Origin: Oikopleura dioica
Taxonomy: Eukaryota; Animalia; Chordata
NCBI GenBank assembly: GCA_907165135.1
Contig: OU015569.1
Span: 5,084,001-5,148,000, forward strand
DNA: 64,000 nt
Reading direction: 5' to 3'
Of this stretch, positions 1 to 11,433 are shown in pieces. Numbering within the stretch: position 1 is the stretch's first letter; each line of letters starts with the position of its first letter. The notes beneath the pieces are model-generated. The model did no database searches and was not told the DNA's origin. It saw nothing but the letters and a program-made list of their open reading frames with translations. The position numbers and the translations under genes are program-made.

Positions 1-1461
1 CATACGTGGATCGTTACTTAGCCCGTCAGACGCACCCTGTGCGCAAAAACGAGCTCCAGCTGATAGGCGTTTCTGCCCTTTTCTTCTCCGCCAAGCTGGA
101 AGAGATCTACCCTCCGAAGCTAGTGGATTTTGCCTACGTTACCGATTCGGCGTGTACAGAAGTGGAGATGAGGGAAATGGAGCTGATAATGTTAAAGGTT
201 CGGTTCCGACTTTTGTTTTTGGAAAGCTGCCACATCGTGAAACCTCATCAGGAAACGGCTAGGGGGATCGGCGAGGGATTAAACTAGATTTCAATCAAGT
301 CCTTTAGAAGCTCCAGTGGGAGTTGAGCACGCCAACAGCGATCAGCTGGCTCAATCTCTACCTCCAAGTCGCCCAATTGCCGATGAACAACGATCACTTC
401 CATCTCCCGCAGTATCCACAAGAGACATTTGTCCAGATCGCCCAGGTTTTTTTTTCGTGAAGAAATCTAATGAAAATTTAATTATTTTAGCTTATTGACC
501 TCTGTCTGCTTGATATTCAATCGTTGAAGTTTTTGCCATCTCAGCTTGCCGCTGCCTGTTTATATCACTTTAGCTTGGGGTCGATCATTTTACAAATCAT
601 TATCTAGTAGAACTTGAAAATTCGGGGCTTGAATCAACCCCTTTATTAGTAGTGAGGATATTGCACTCGACTGCTCCGGCTACAAAATGGAAGAAATTGC
701 TGCTGCAATAAAGTAGGCAACTAATTTTAAACTCACGGACTAACAAATACCCCCAAGATGGGTGACTCCTTTTGCCGAGACGATTCGTGACGAAGGCCTT
801 GCAGCATTGAAGTCGTTCCGAAAAGTCAAAGTAGAGGACGCGCACAACATTCAAACCCACATCAACAACGTTACTGTGCTTGTAAGTTTTCCTTTATGTT
901 GTCAACGCGGATTTTAAAACTTGCTGTCAGGAGAAAGCGCAGGCATTACAGACGAGTCGTTTCTCGCAACTATCGACGACATCTTCAAGCCGATGGAGCG
1001 CCACCCCTGAGACGCCGACAGACCTCAACATCCTCGTGACCCCTCAAAGTGAGGAGAGCTCGAAAGAAAACCCCTCAAATCCAGCTTCCACACGTTCCCG
1101 AAAGCGCCCCTCGGTCGAGCCAGTCGCCGCGCACATTGACCCCAAACGGCTAGCATCAGAAAGCGGCGCTTTCCCAGCAACACCTGACACCTCGCCACTG
1201 GCTTTGAGCCACTCCTCCTCGTTGTCCACGTCCCCTAATGCCGGCCAGAGTGGCAGTGCCAGTGGCAGCACCTCCGAAATCGCCCCCGAAGACATTGAAG
1301 ACGACGAAGATGATGTTCCCGAGCGAGTGCCCTTTGCGCCCCTCAAATACGAAGAAGAAAGCCAAGACTCGACTGGGAGCAGTCTCTCAGCGACTGATCT
1401 CGCCGAAGAGATTGATTTGCCACTTGAAGACGAGAGTGCCGATGTGCAGCCGATTAGTTAA
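1..1461 (+). CDS. CCNE: Cyclin E, 3' part (multi-exon, 5' end outside window)
   Basis: Joined exons read YVDRYLARQ...LQLIGVSALFFSAKLEEIYPPKLVDFAYVTDSAC...MLK|KLQWELSTPTAISWLNLYLQV...QYPQETFVQIAQ|LIDLCLLD...AAACLYHF...WVTPFAETIR...DAHNIQTH, which are cyclin E cyclin-box motifs. GT-AG introns at 198-307 and 446-490 plus further small introns; stop at 1459-1461. Confidence 0.92.
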
Positions 1462-1518
1462 ACTTAGGAAGGGGCTGTCAATCTCGCTCTGGTCAGTATT
1501 TAAAATAGAGTTTCAAAA

Positions 1519-1534
1519 TCTCTCTCTCTCTCTC
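1519..1534 (+). repeat. (TC)n microsatellite in cyclin E 3' region
   Basis: Run of about 8 TC units read directly. Confidence 0.8.
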
Positions 1535-2189
1535 TTCAAATTCACATCCCTCCCACAGTTCTCTTCCGTTTTCCAGGCTGGAAAACATTCTAGGCCGAGA
1601 AAGGTGAAAACAAGGTGTCCTTCTCGAAGGCCTGCTCCTCGTCAGTTATCTTCCGTTATCGAAAGTAAACAGCGTTTCTGGTGCGCGTCAAAAGCGAATT
1701 GGAATATTTCAATACCCCTCTGTATTATAAGTTCAATCCACGTTTGCGGCCTTCCCCACAATTTCTTCCAAAAAAGAAAATACAAGCATTGTGCCCTGCT
1801 TTCTTCTGCAAACCAAAATTAATATCTAATAATGCCCTGTGTTAGTAACCCTGCTCTTGACCCCGAAACCCTCTTTTTCGACAATTTCAACACTCAGTTC
1901 AAGGATGCACTCGCCTTAACTCTGTGCTCTAAAAATCAATTTTGCCATAAAAAACAGAACATAATAACAACGCAGCATTCGTTTCGTCTCCTGTGATGGC
2001 GTAGCTTAGGAACATAATTATTTCGCTGATTTGACTGCCATGAACTGTATAATTTTATTTGAACTGTATTAAGTCTGTATTAAAGTTCCTCTTCAACCGC
2101 GTACTCTTGTTGCTTCTCTCTTCTTACAGCAGGAATTACTGAAAATAAGCAAGCTGCAGGTACAGAATATTCGAGGAAGAGTTAAAAGT

Positions 2190-2690
2190 ATGTCTGACAG
2201 CGATGAAGATAAACGAGCCTCTCTGCTAAATGAAGATAAGGAAACAGGCTTTGTTTTTCGATCAGCAATGCGGCTGCAATTCAGCTAGTAGAATAGTAGC
2301 ATGGTGTGCCTTGAGCTAACCCCAGAACAGATCAATTTCTTGATTGTAAATTTTGAAGGGAGAGAAAAGAGAATTCAAACTTTCAAAGTCGATGCTGAGG
2401 ATGAAAATTACCGTGAAACTCAAAACTCGACAGATTTAGCAGCAGTTGAGAAGGGTTTACATAGGAAAGGTTCTTTATTTTAATATTTCTGGACGTTACG
2501 ATAAAAAGTCTAGAGGCACGCCCTAAGTGATTAGTAGAAATTTGAACCGCGATAAAAAGGCACACTTTAGCGATAACGAAAGAGCTGGTAATTACGATTG
2601 TCATTCTTGGAATACTCTTTGTGATCGTCATTTATCTTCGAACACGGTATTATTTAAATAAGATATGTGTACACTTTATCGGATTTTAGA
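2190..2690 (+). CDS. Possible small multi-exon protein with a C-terminal hydrophobic segment
   Basis: ATG at 2190 (MSDSDEDKRASLLNEDKETG), acidic ORF 2301-2460, and a hydrophobic stretch ELVITIVILGILFVIVIYLR near 2580-2640. Exon joins not resolved. Confidence 0.3.
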
Positions 2691-2755
2691 AGCTGCCTTT
2701 CAAAACGAATGAGAAAAACAAGCGTTGATAACCGATTTTAATCTCTTCCTGTTAA

Positions 2756-3034
2756 CCTTACGCCGCCAAACTAAAATTTCACCCCCCGCCGCCAAATGTG
2801 CCATATATGGCACATCATCTTTTCCGTCGTCCTAGGCCCCATATAATGGCCGAACCCGAACCTTAACCAAGATCCGAACTCAAACCAGAACCCGAGCTCA
2901 AAAATGAACCCAAACCCAAGCCCAGACTATTGCCCGAAAATGAGTAAAAATGGAAGAACCCGAAATGATGACGGAGAGAAAAATGGGTTTTGGAAAGCCC
3001 TTGTGCCATATATGGCACATTTGGCGGCGTAGGG
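2756..3034. mobile_element. Non-autonomous TIR element (MITE) with TTAA flanks, piggyBac-like
   Basis: TTAA at 2752-2755 and 3035-3038. Left end CCTTACGCCGCCAAA; right end reverse complement CCCTACGCCGCCAAATGTGCCATATATGGCACA. The same ~28 bp recurs at 2787-2814. No ORF of transposase size. Confidence 0.8.
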
Positions 3035-3155
3035 TTAAGTACCATTAAGAATTTCTAGCGACAATAAAGTGACTTTACAGAAGGGTAATCAATCTCTTTA
3101 AATCTTGCGCTCTCTAGAATTATTGATGATCTGACAAAAAAGGTACTCCCTCGGC

Positions 3156-3228
3156 GGCCGCGTGGCCTAATGGATATGGCGTCTGACTTCGAATCAGGAA
3201 GTTGTGGGTTCGAGTCCCATCGTGGTCA
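3156..3228 (+). tRNA. trnR-UCG: tRNA-Arg, anticodon TCG
   Basis: GGCCGCG/CGTGGTC acceptor stem, TGGCCTAATGG A-box, anticodon arm TCTGA-CTTCGAA-TCAGG, GTGGG-TTCGAGT-CCCAT T arm. Confidence 0.95.
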
Positions 3229-3232
3229 AAAC

Positions 3233-3238
3233 TTTTTT
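3233..3238 (+). terminator. Pol III terminator (T6) of the tRNA
   Basis: Six Ts four bases after the discriminator base. Confidence 0.8.
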
Positions 3239-3432
3239 CTCCCTTTCAGGACTGTAATGCAATAAATTAGAAGATACAGTTAGGCAGTTGGAGGAATAGT
3301 TTATTTTAATATTCCGATAAGAAGAGAATTCATACTTGCGTGAACTTCAGGATCTCCTAAAAATTGAGTAAATTTCCAAGGGTTTGGTAAAAACCTAACT
3401 TTACTCGTTATCATCATGATAACACATTGTGA

Positions 3433-3960
3433 CTATTTTTTGGGCACACACTGGGCGAGCGAAAAGCACAAAAAGACGAAGAGGCCGAAGGTAAGGCAGA
3501 CGAGAAAGATATTGAGAATAATCAGTTTCAAATTGCGATTGGCGCTCTTTTCGATGATTTCTTCTTTCTCCAACAGCTGGTCTTCTTTCTTTCGGGTCAG
3601 AAGGTTTTAAAAGCTTTTTTGAAAAGAGAAGAAAAGCTAACCCAGTGCCTAGAAAATTCAACCTCTCAATCGCCAAATCAAAAAGTCGATTCTCTTCCGA
3701 GGCAGGCACGTGCCTTTCAAAAATGTTCACTTCTGTCATCTTCTACAAAATCCTCTTGGAAAATAATTTCAGCTCTTTCCCTCTTGTGAAGCGTAGTACG
3801 GTAATGCCGGAAAGCGAAAATGATCGGCGCAGGAAAAGCAGAAGGAAGCGCGTCCACCTGATTCGTCATTTTCTGGCGACTTTCAAACTTTTTGAAGAAA
3901 ATGAAATTCACGGTTTCTAGACTTAGACTTTCGCCTTCTTTGATAATCAGAGCTCGGCAA
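3433..3960 (-). CDS. Possible small tail-anchored membrane protein
   Basis: Last exon reads KEDQLLEKEEIIEKSANRNLKLIILNIFLVCLTFGLFVFLCFSLAQCVPKK* (stop 3433-3435). Upstream exons not resolved. Confidence 0.35.
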
Positions 3961-3967
3961 TCTGTGC

Positions 3968-4106
3968 AGAAAACCTGAGTCAGGGCATGAAAGGGCTGAA
4001 ATGAAAAGCTGTGTATCGGTTTTTTTTTAAAGGCGGCTTCGCTTATATTCTAATTTCAATTTATTTTAGAATTCTTTGATTTTTCAGACCCTGACTCAGG
4101 ATTTCT
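3968..4106. repeat. 139 bp segment bounded by 25 bp imperfect inverted repeats
   Basis: 3968-3992 AGAAAACCTGAGTCAGGGCATGAAA versus reverse complement of 4082-4106 AGAAATCCTGAGTCAGGGTCTGAAA (22/25). No clear TSD. Confidence 0.65.
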
Positions 4107-4293
4107 CCTCAGTTTACCGAGCTGAGAACTTTTGATTCAGGAGAAACATAAATGCTAGTGTGAAATTTTAAGTCGGGTTTATTAAGTTATAAAAAAAGTA
4201 CAGAATATATAGCAGGTTGAAATAAAGCTTTGAGCAATAATATTGGGTTTTTGATGTGAGTTTCGTAAAATATTTAATCAAAAGAACGTTTTT

Positions 4294-6082
4294 TTAACAA
4301 TTATCTTGCTGCTTGTAGAGCTTGCCATTGAGAGTAAACTTGGGTCGAAAATCGACGAGGTCGATCAGCTCAGGAACAGGCAAGTCAGTAGGTGGAGTCG
4401 CTGGTCGGGGCAAGAACAAGCGCGGATCCTGAACCTCGCCAGAAACTGTCATTGGAATATGGGCGGTCTCTAGTCGGGGATCGCAAGGCTTAGATGGCCG
4501 CCGATATCGACGGACTGGAGTTTTCTAATTATAAATTCGGTCAGGATATCGTGTAAGACGTTTTATATTTACCTCCGAAGGGTCTCGAAAATATTGGCTG
4601 AAATCAAGAGTCAATCTCTTGGGCTCATTGTATTGGCCGTTGAATGTTTCGAGAACATCGTGATCTTTTTGAACCGGGGATTGACTAAAAATTTGTCTTA
4701 GGAGGAGTTGAGAATGCTTATCTTACGTTCGAGGAGGGGATGGCTGTAGACATCTCCGAATTGGAGGCATATCGTAAGGATTGTCAATTGACGAAAATCG
4801 ATCATCGTAACCTTTTTGGAAGCCCAATGGTTTGATTGGAGGTGGAGGAGAAGGAGAGAACCTTTCTGCAAAGCCGCCGTCTCCAGTCATGGGGACTGGC
4901 TCCGTTTTGTCATGCCAGGCAAACTTGATCCAGCCAACGGACGCGGCACTGCCCTCAGTTGGCTTGGAGCTTCCGGGTTTATTTGACATCTCAGAGCTAG
5001 TTTCCATCAACTCTTCCTCGACGGAAACTCCAAAGATGTCATCAAGATCAAAGAGATTGGTGGTGGCGTTTTCAGAAGGTGGGGGAAGGAGAGGAACGCC
5101 CACTGGAGGCCTTGGCAGAGGATCGAATCCTTGGTTCTTGATAAATTCAAGCTCGACGGAGTCATCGGCCACGAAGAAGTCTGACTTGTGTTTCTCGATG
5201 ATTTTGGCAGTTACGGCATCTAATTTCGCATGCGAGAAAATGCACTAAAATTTGTTTCAACCTTTGGACGAATTTCAAAACTATTAGACTTACGTTATCA
5301 TTTTCGCAATTTTTCGAAATATGGTAATATTTGCATGGATAATTCTTATGCATGTAATGGCATCGCTCTCCCTAGAAATTCGTTCATTTCATTTTCAACG
5401 GATAAAAATGTACCTTTCGGCAAGTACCAGCTAAGTAATATTTGCACAGCTCATACTTTCGCCAGTTATCATCATTCTGGTCGGCCTTTCTTTCATGTCG
5501 TTCGCGTCTAGTAGAGTCATTCTTCGAGCGCTTGGGAGATCTTTGTCTGCCTCTTCGGTCGTTTCTATCGTATCCTCCCCTGAATCGGTGGTCGATTCGG
5601 ATGATGCTTCGCTCATTCGTTCCTTTGCGTTCCTGATGTCGTGAACCATTTCTTCGGCGATCATCAATGATAATTGGCCTCTCGTTCTTCGAACTCGGTC
5701 CGGCCTCTTCCGATCCATTCGCATTCGTACTCTCGCCTTTAACGCCTCCATCAGAATCGCCTAAATTTCATAAATATGAGATCGGATAAAAAAAGTAAAA
5801 TCTTACTTTTCTTGCTGAATCGAGCCCGAAAAGCCGAAATGATCTCAATTTCATCGTCGTCCGAGAATTCCGATCGTTCCCTGGCGTTTGCTGGATCGTC
5901 TCGGTCGAAGTATCCGTGCTTCTTCCTCTTTTTCTTCGGTTTGGTCCTTTCCGTCACATCCTTGACCCTTTCGAACTAAAAATCGGGTTTGAAGGAAAAT
6001 AGAATGCTTTATTTTGTACCGAGTCATTAGATTTTCGCCTCTTCCGATAAGTATCGGGCATAACATCATCAGAAAGTCGCAT
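4294..6082 (-). CDS. CCCH zinc-finger protein, ZC3H4/ZC3H6/ZC3H8 (Su(s)) family
   Basis: Spliced reading gives a K/R/D-rich N-terminus, then ELCKYYLAGTCRK|GERCHYMHKNYPCKYYHISKNCENDN|CIFSH (two CCCH fingers matching the family pattern ELCKFY...CPYMH..FPCKLYH...CMFSH), a Pro-rich middle and C-terminal DPRL motifs. Confidence 0.8.
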
Positions 6083-6592
6083 CTTCGTAAAAATGGCAGT
6101 AAAAATAACAACTGGGGTTCTCAAAACTAGAGAATGATGACTCGGGGAGAAAATAAATTTTTAAAGATGAGAATTCTAGAAAAAATACTGAAAATACGTA
6201 TGTTCAGGTTTTAAGATGCCTAACGACTTTCAGGTGCTTTAAATGATCGTGAAATCTTCCAGAAATGACTAAATACGAAGACTTTGTGATTTCGAGTATG
6301 AAAACTCATCTGCACAAGCGAGTGCTAACCTTGAAATCGTAAAAAGGCAAAACAGTCTTTCTGCTCAATATTCTTTTGATCCAGATTTGCAGAGTTTTTT
6401 CAGGCTAGGCCACAATTGGCGGATGCGTTAGTGATTTTTAATTCAGGGATCGCTCAGTACGTTGTGAAAAAGAAGGGAGGAAATGGTATCAATTATGTAT
6501 ACACGCGAAAGTACTCCGCCGCACATGGAACTCTCAATGTCAGATTGTGATATTGAAGGAGAAGAATTTGAAGAAAAACGAAGCTTATAGAG

Positions 6593-8937
6593 ATGTTGAG
6601 AAAATTATGGAGCAAGACAGAGATATTCTTTAGCATAGCGGCTAGATTCTTATTTTTCCTCCACAGGTACGTTGAACGAATACTCCCGAAAGTCTAGGCT
6701 CTCACAAAATTTTAGCATTCTGACAATTCAAATCGTTCAAAAACAATCAAATTCCTCTATCGTCTTGATTCTTCTTATTCCTTGTTGTTTGCAAATTATC
6801 GAGACGATCTTTACTGTCATTTATCGGCGAGGAAAAGAGTTTAGGTCGGTCTCGCCCTGTATAATGCTCTATCTTGCAAGTATTATCCCTGCAGTTTGGT
6901 ACATGGAGAGTTCTCTTCAGGAAACCGCTTTTCTGGAGGAGAATTTTATTGGCTAGAAGAGCACTAGAAAAGCGGTTGAAAAGCACGACCGAACTCTGCA
7001 CCATGTTTGCCAGGTAACCCTAACACTAACCCTAACCCCTAACCCTAAATACCAGAATACGCGTCGGTGGCTTCAAGATCCGGACATAGAAAACGCAGAT
7101 GGCTGTATGGCCAGTAAGAAATTCGTTTTCTTTGTGATGTCTCTTTTATAATTCTGCTTTTAGGCTTCCACAATTCAGTTCTGCGGCCGCAAATAAGAGA
7201 ATACGTCATAAAAGCTTACCCACAATTAGATCCGAAAAAGAGTGAAGACAACGAAGAAATAAAAAAGCTCGTTTCAGAAAGGCTAAAAGGAGAGAAGAAT
7301 TTTGGCTGGTACCATGATCTATACAAAAATGATGACAATATCAGGCTAGCAATGTGTGAGCAGCAATATCACTGCGAATTCAATGAGACCGCATCATGCT
7401 TTGACATAGGAATCGGGTCGGATCAATTCTGCTCGAAAACGCGTTGAGAAAAAAGGAATTGAATGAAAAAGGATCAAATTCTGACCCTTGGATAGAAAAA
7501 GCAGAGCTTTATAAAAAGTTAAAAAGCGATGTGGTAGAAACGACATCAGAAATGATCACGACAATAGCGATGGAAACCGAAGGGGCGAATGTGATGGGGG
7601 CGATCCCAATTGATACAATGAGCATTCAGAACAAAATAGCAGAGTTCGACAAAATTGGGGTTAATTTTTAACTGCTCTTCTTTCATTTCGACTAATCTTT
7701 ACTTTCAGTTATCCCAATTCGACAATGCCTTTCTGGTGATCATCATGCATCAAACGATTCTCTTCGTTATTGTCATTGGGCGCTGGCTACTCCCCACTTC
7801 TACGGATGTGACTCGAGATGAGCTCTCGCAAATTCTGTTTGGCTTTATTGGTGTCGGTGCGGACATCATGGAGTTTATCACCGAGAGTCTGAAAGAGACT
7901 GCTGTCAAATGCTCAGAAGATGGATTGCAGACGGTGATCCTCTTTTTCTGGTGCTTGAGCTTGCTACAATTTATTCTCGTCCTGACTAGCGAGGTAACTG
8001 CGGATATTTTGGTTCAGATTACAGGTCTCTAAAAGTGACTGGATAGAGCAAATGTCACATTAAGAATATTTATATTTCGAATTCTTTTGGGATTTCAGAT
8101 GAGCATACGCCGCGTGGGAAAATTTTCAAGGGCCTTTCTCACCGGCGATATTCTCAGCAAATGTGCTTGTATTAAAATGTTGAATAAAAGGACAATGGCG
8201 GCGAAAATAAATCGGCATGGATGGCATTTTGGACGAACCCAGAAGTTTGGAACATTTGCATCACCTTATTTATTCAAGACGGACCGTTTTTAGCCGTGCG
8301 GGAAAAGGTTTTCTTAGTTTGAATGTTTTAATGTAAAATAATTCTTTTGGGTATTATTTTGACTTTTTAGCCGGCTTCGGCCAAAAACTATATATCCCAA
8401 GAACCCAATTAAATAGATAAACCTTTCAAAGATGTACATTATTTTTGGACGAAATGTAGTCAATCCGGCGTTATTATTCTTCACTACGAAGAATTCAATA
8501 GTGCTCCTCCTCGACACTTACAGGTAGCGTCAATTTTAACTGCTTGTGATTGTTTACTTTCTCTTGCAAGATTGGCTGTCATCGCTACGAATCGCCCGGC
8601 GCAGTCGTCAAGTGAGGAGAGCAAAGACAACGTCAAGGCTGTGGAGCGAGTGGAGACGACGCCGGAGCCCGACACACTTTCGGGAAAAATACGCTTCACT
8701 GAAGTACGTTTTAACGGCCTGCCCGTTCTAATATTGAAGTTTCCCGAGCACGAATCAAGTGCATTTCTATTTTAGATGAATTATGCCAATCTAATCACTT
8801 TATTCAAGTCTAAAATCGAAAAACTGGAGCAGAAGCTGGAACGACTCCGCGAAGATCTTAGCCCAGAAGACTCAAAAAATGATGTTGTCGATGGCGATGT
8901 CGAAGAAGAGTGTTTAAGCGTCTCCGAAAAAGCCTGA
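6593..8937 (+). CDS. TMEM26: TMEM26-family multipass membrane protein
   Basis: Motifs SIAARFLFFLH, VIYRRGKEFRSVSPCIMLYLASIIPAVW, MHQTILFVIVIGRWLLP..DVTRDELSQIL...ADIMEF, VWNICITLFIQDGPFLAVR and LFFTTKNSIV match TMEM26. About 11 exons. Confidence 0.88.
7015..7049 (+). repeat. Telomere-like (TAACCC)n tract filling a 42 bp intron (7014-7055)
   Basis: GTAACCCTAACACTAACCCTAACCCCTAACCCTAAATACCAG; about 5.5 units with two variants. Confidence 0.85.
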
Positions 8938-9487
8938 TTGATATTTGGACCCTTTTTCTTTTCTATTTTGCCTGTAAATCTGCTCCTCATGAAGTGCTTT
9001 CCCTTCGTTCGAAATAAAACATCGGTGCAAGAAACGAAAATATCAATAAAATTGTCATATGATTATCTTTATTAAATTATAAATTAATATTCAATTCGAA
9101 GGAGATTTAAAGTTAAGAAGACTTAAGTGTTCAATGAGATTCATTCCGAAAAGAATTTCCCGCACTAGACTTGAAGTTCTATTCCAAGCCGAGTGTGGTA
9201 TTTCTTTCTTTTCTGCTTTGGAAAAGTCGAAAACGACATGGCTGGGTAATAGCAAATAGATAATCTGGGAACAATCGAAGAGTGGCGTAGCAACGGGTGG
9301 AGTACTTCCTCGGCGACCGTAGCCGGGCCAGAGCGAATAGATGTTCTATTTGCCTGTACAAATACAAATCCGGTGGTTACCTTGCCGACAATGTTTGCCA
9401 TTTCGAAGCGCGAAATCGAAGCGCCGTTAGAAGCAGCCTCAGTGTCCCTTTTTAGCCACCACAGCCAGTCACAGCCAAAAATATAAC

Positions 9488-11002
<1,515 letters not shown>

Positions 11003-11433
11003 GCTGTTTAAAAAGACGACACTCGACCCTGTACTTACACTCACTGACCAAACACATCCACGCACACAATTTCACACACACAGATTTATTATATTTTATT
11101 ACTTTTTCTTATTATATTTTTTCTCTTCATCCAAAAGAGCGAATTTATGACAAACCCCAAACACTTTGAACTCGTATTTAAAGTAAGAAAATATACATAT
11201 TTTATAAGTTGTAAATTTCGAAAATGAGACTTTTGTAAAAGTGAGTTTGGCTTTACATTTATTTTAAAAGATACGTCGTGTTGAGTTAGAGAGCGGCTTG
11301 TTCAGCAATTTAGAGGAAGAGTGAGAGCAGGAGTGAGTTTTGTTTCAGGTTAATCGCGAGCTTTTTGTGATGAATTGTTTTCTTGAGCGTACTTTTTTGT
11401 AACGAGTAGGGTTCATAATGCTGTCTTCGTTTC

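Noticed and set aside
3416-3510. HCDYFLGTHWASEKH resembling a zinc finger
   Set aside because: Ligand spacing is incomplete and the opposite strand encodes a more convincing TM exon.
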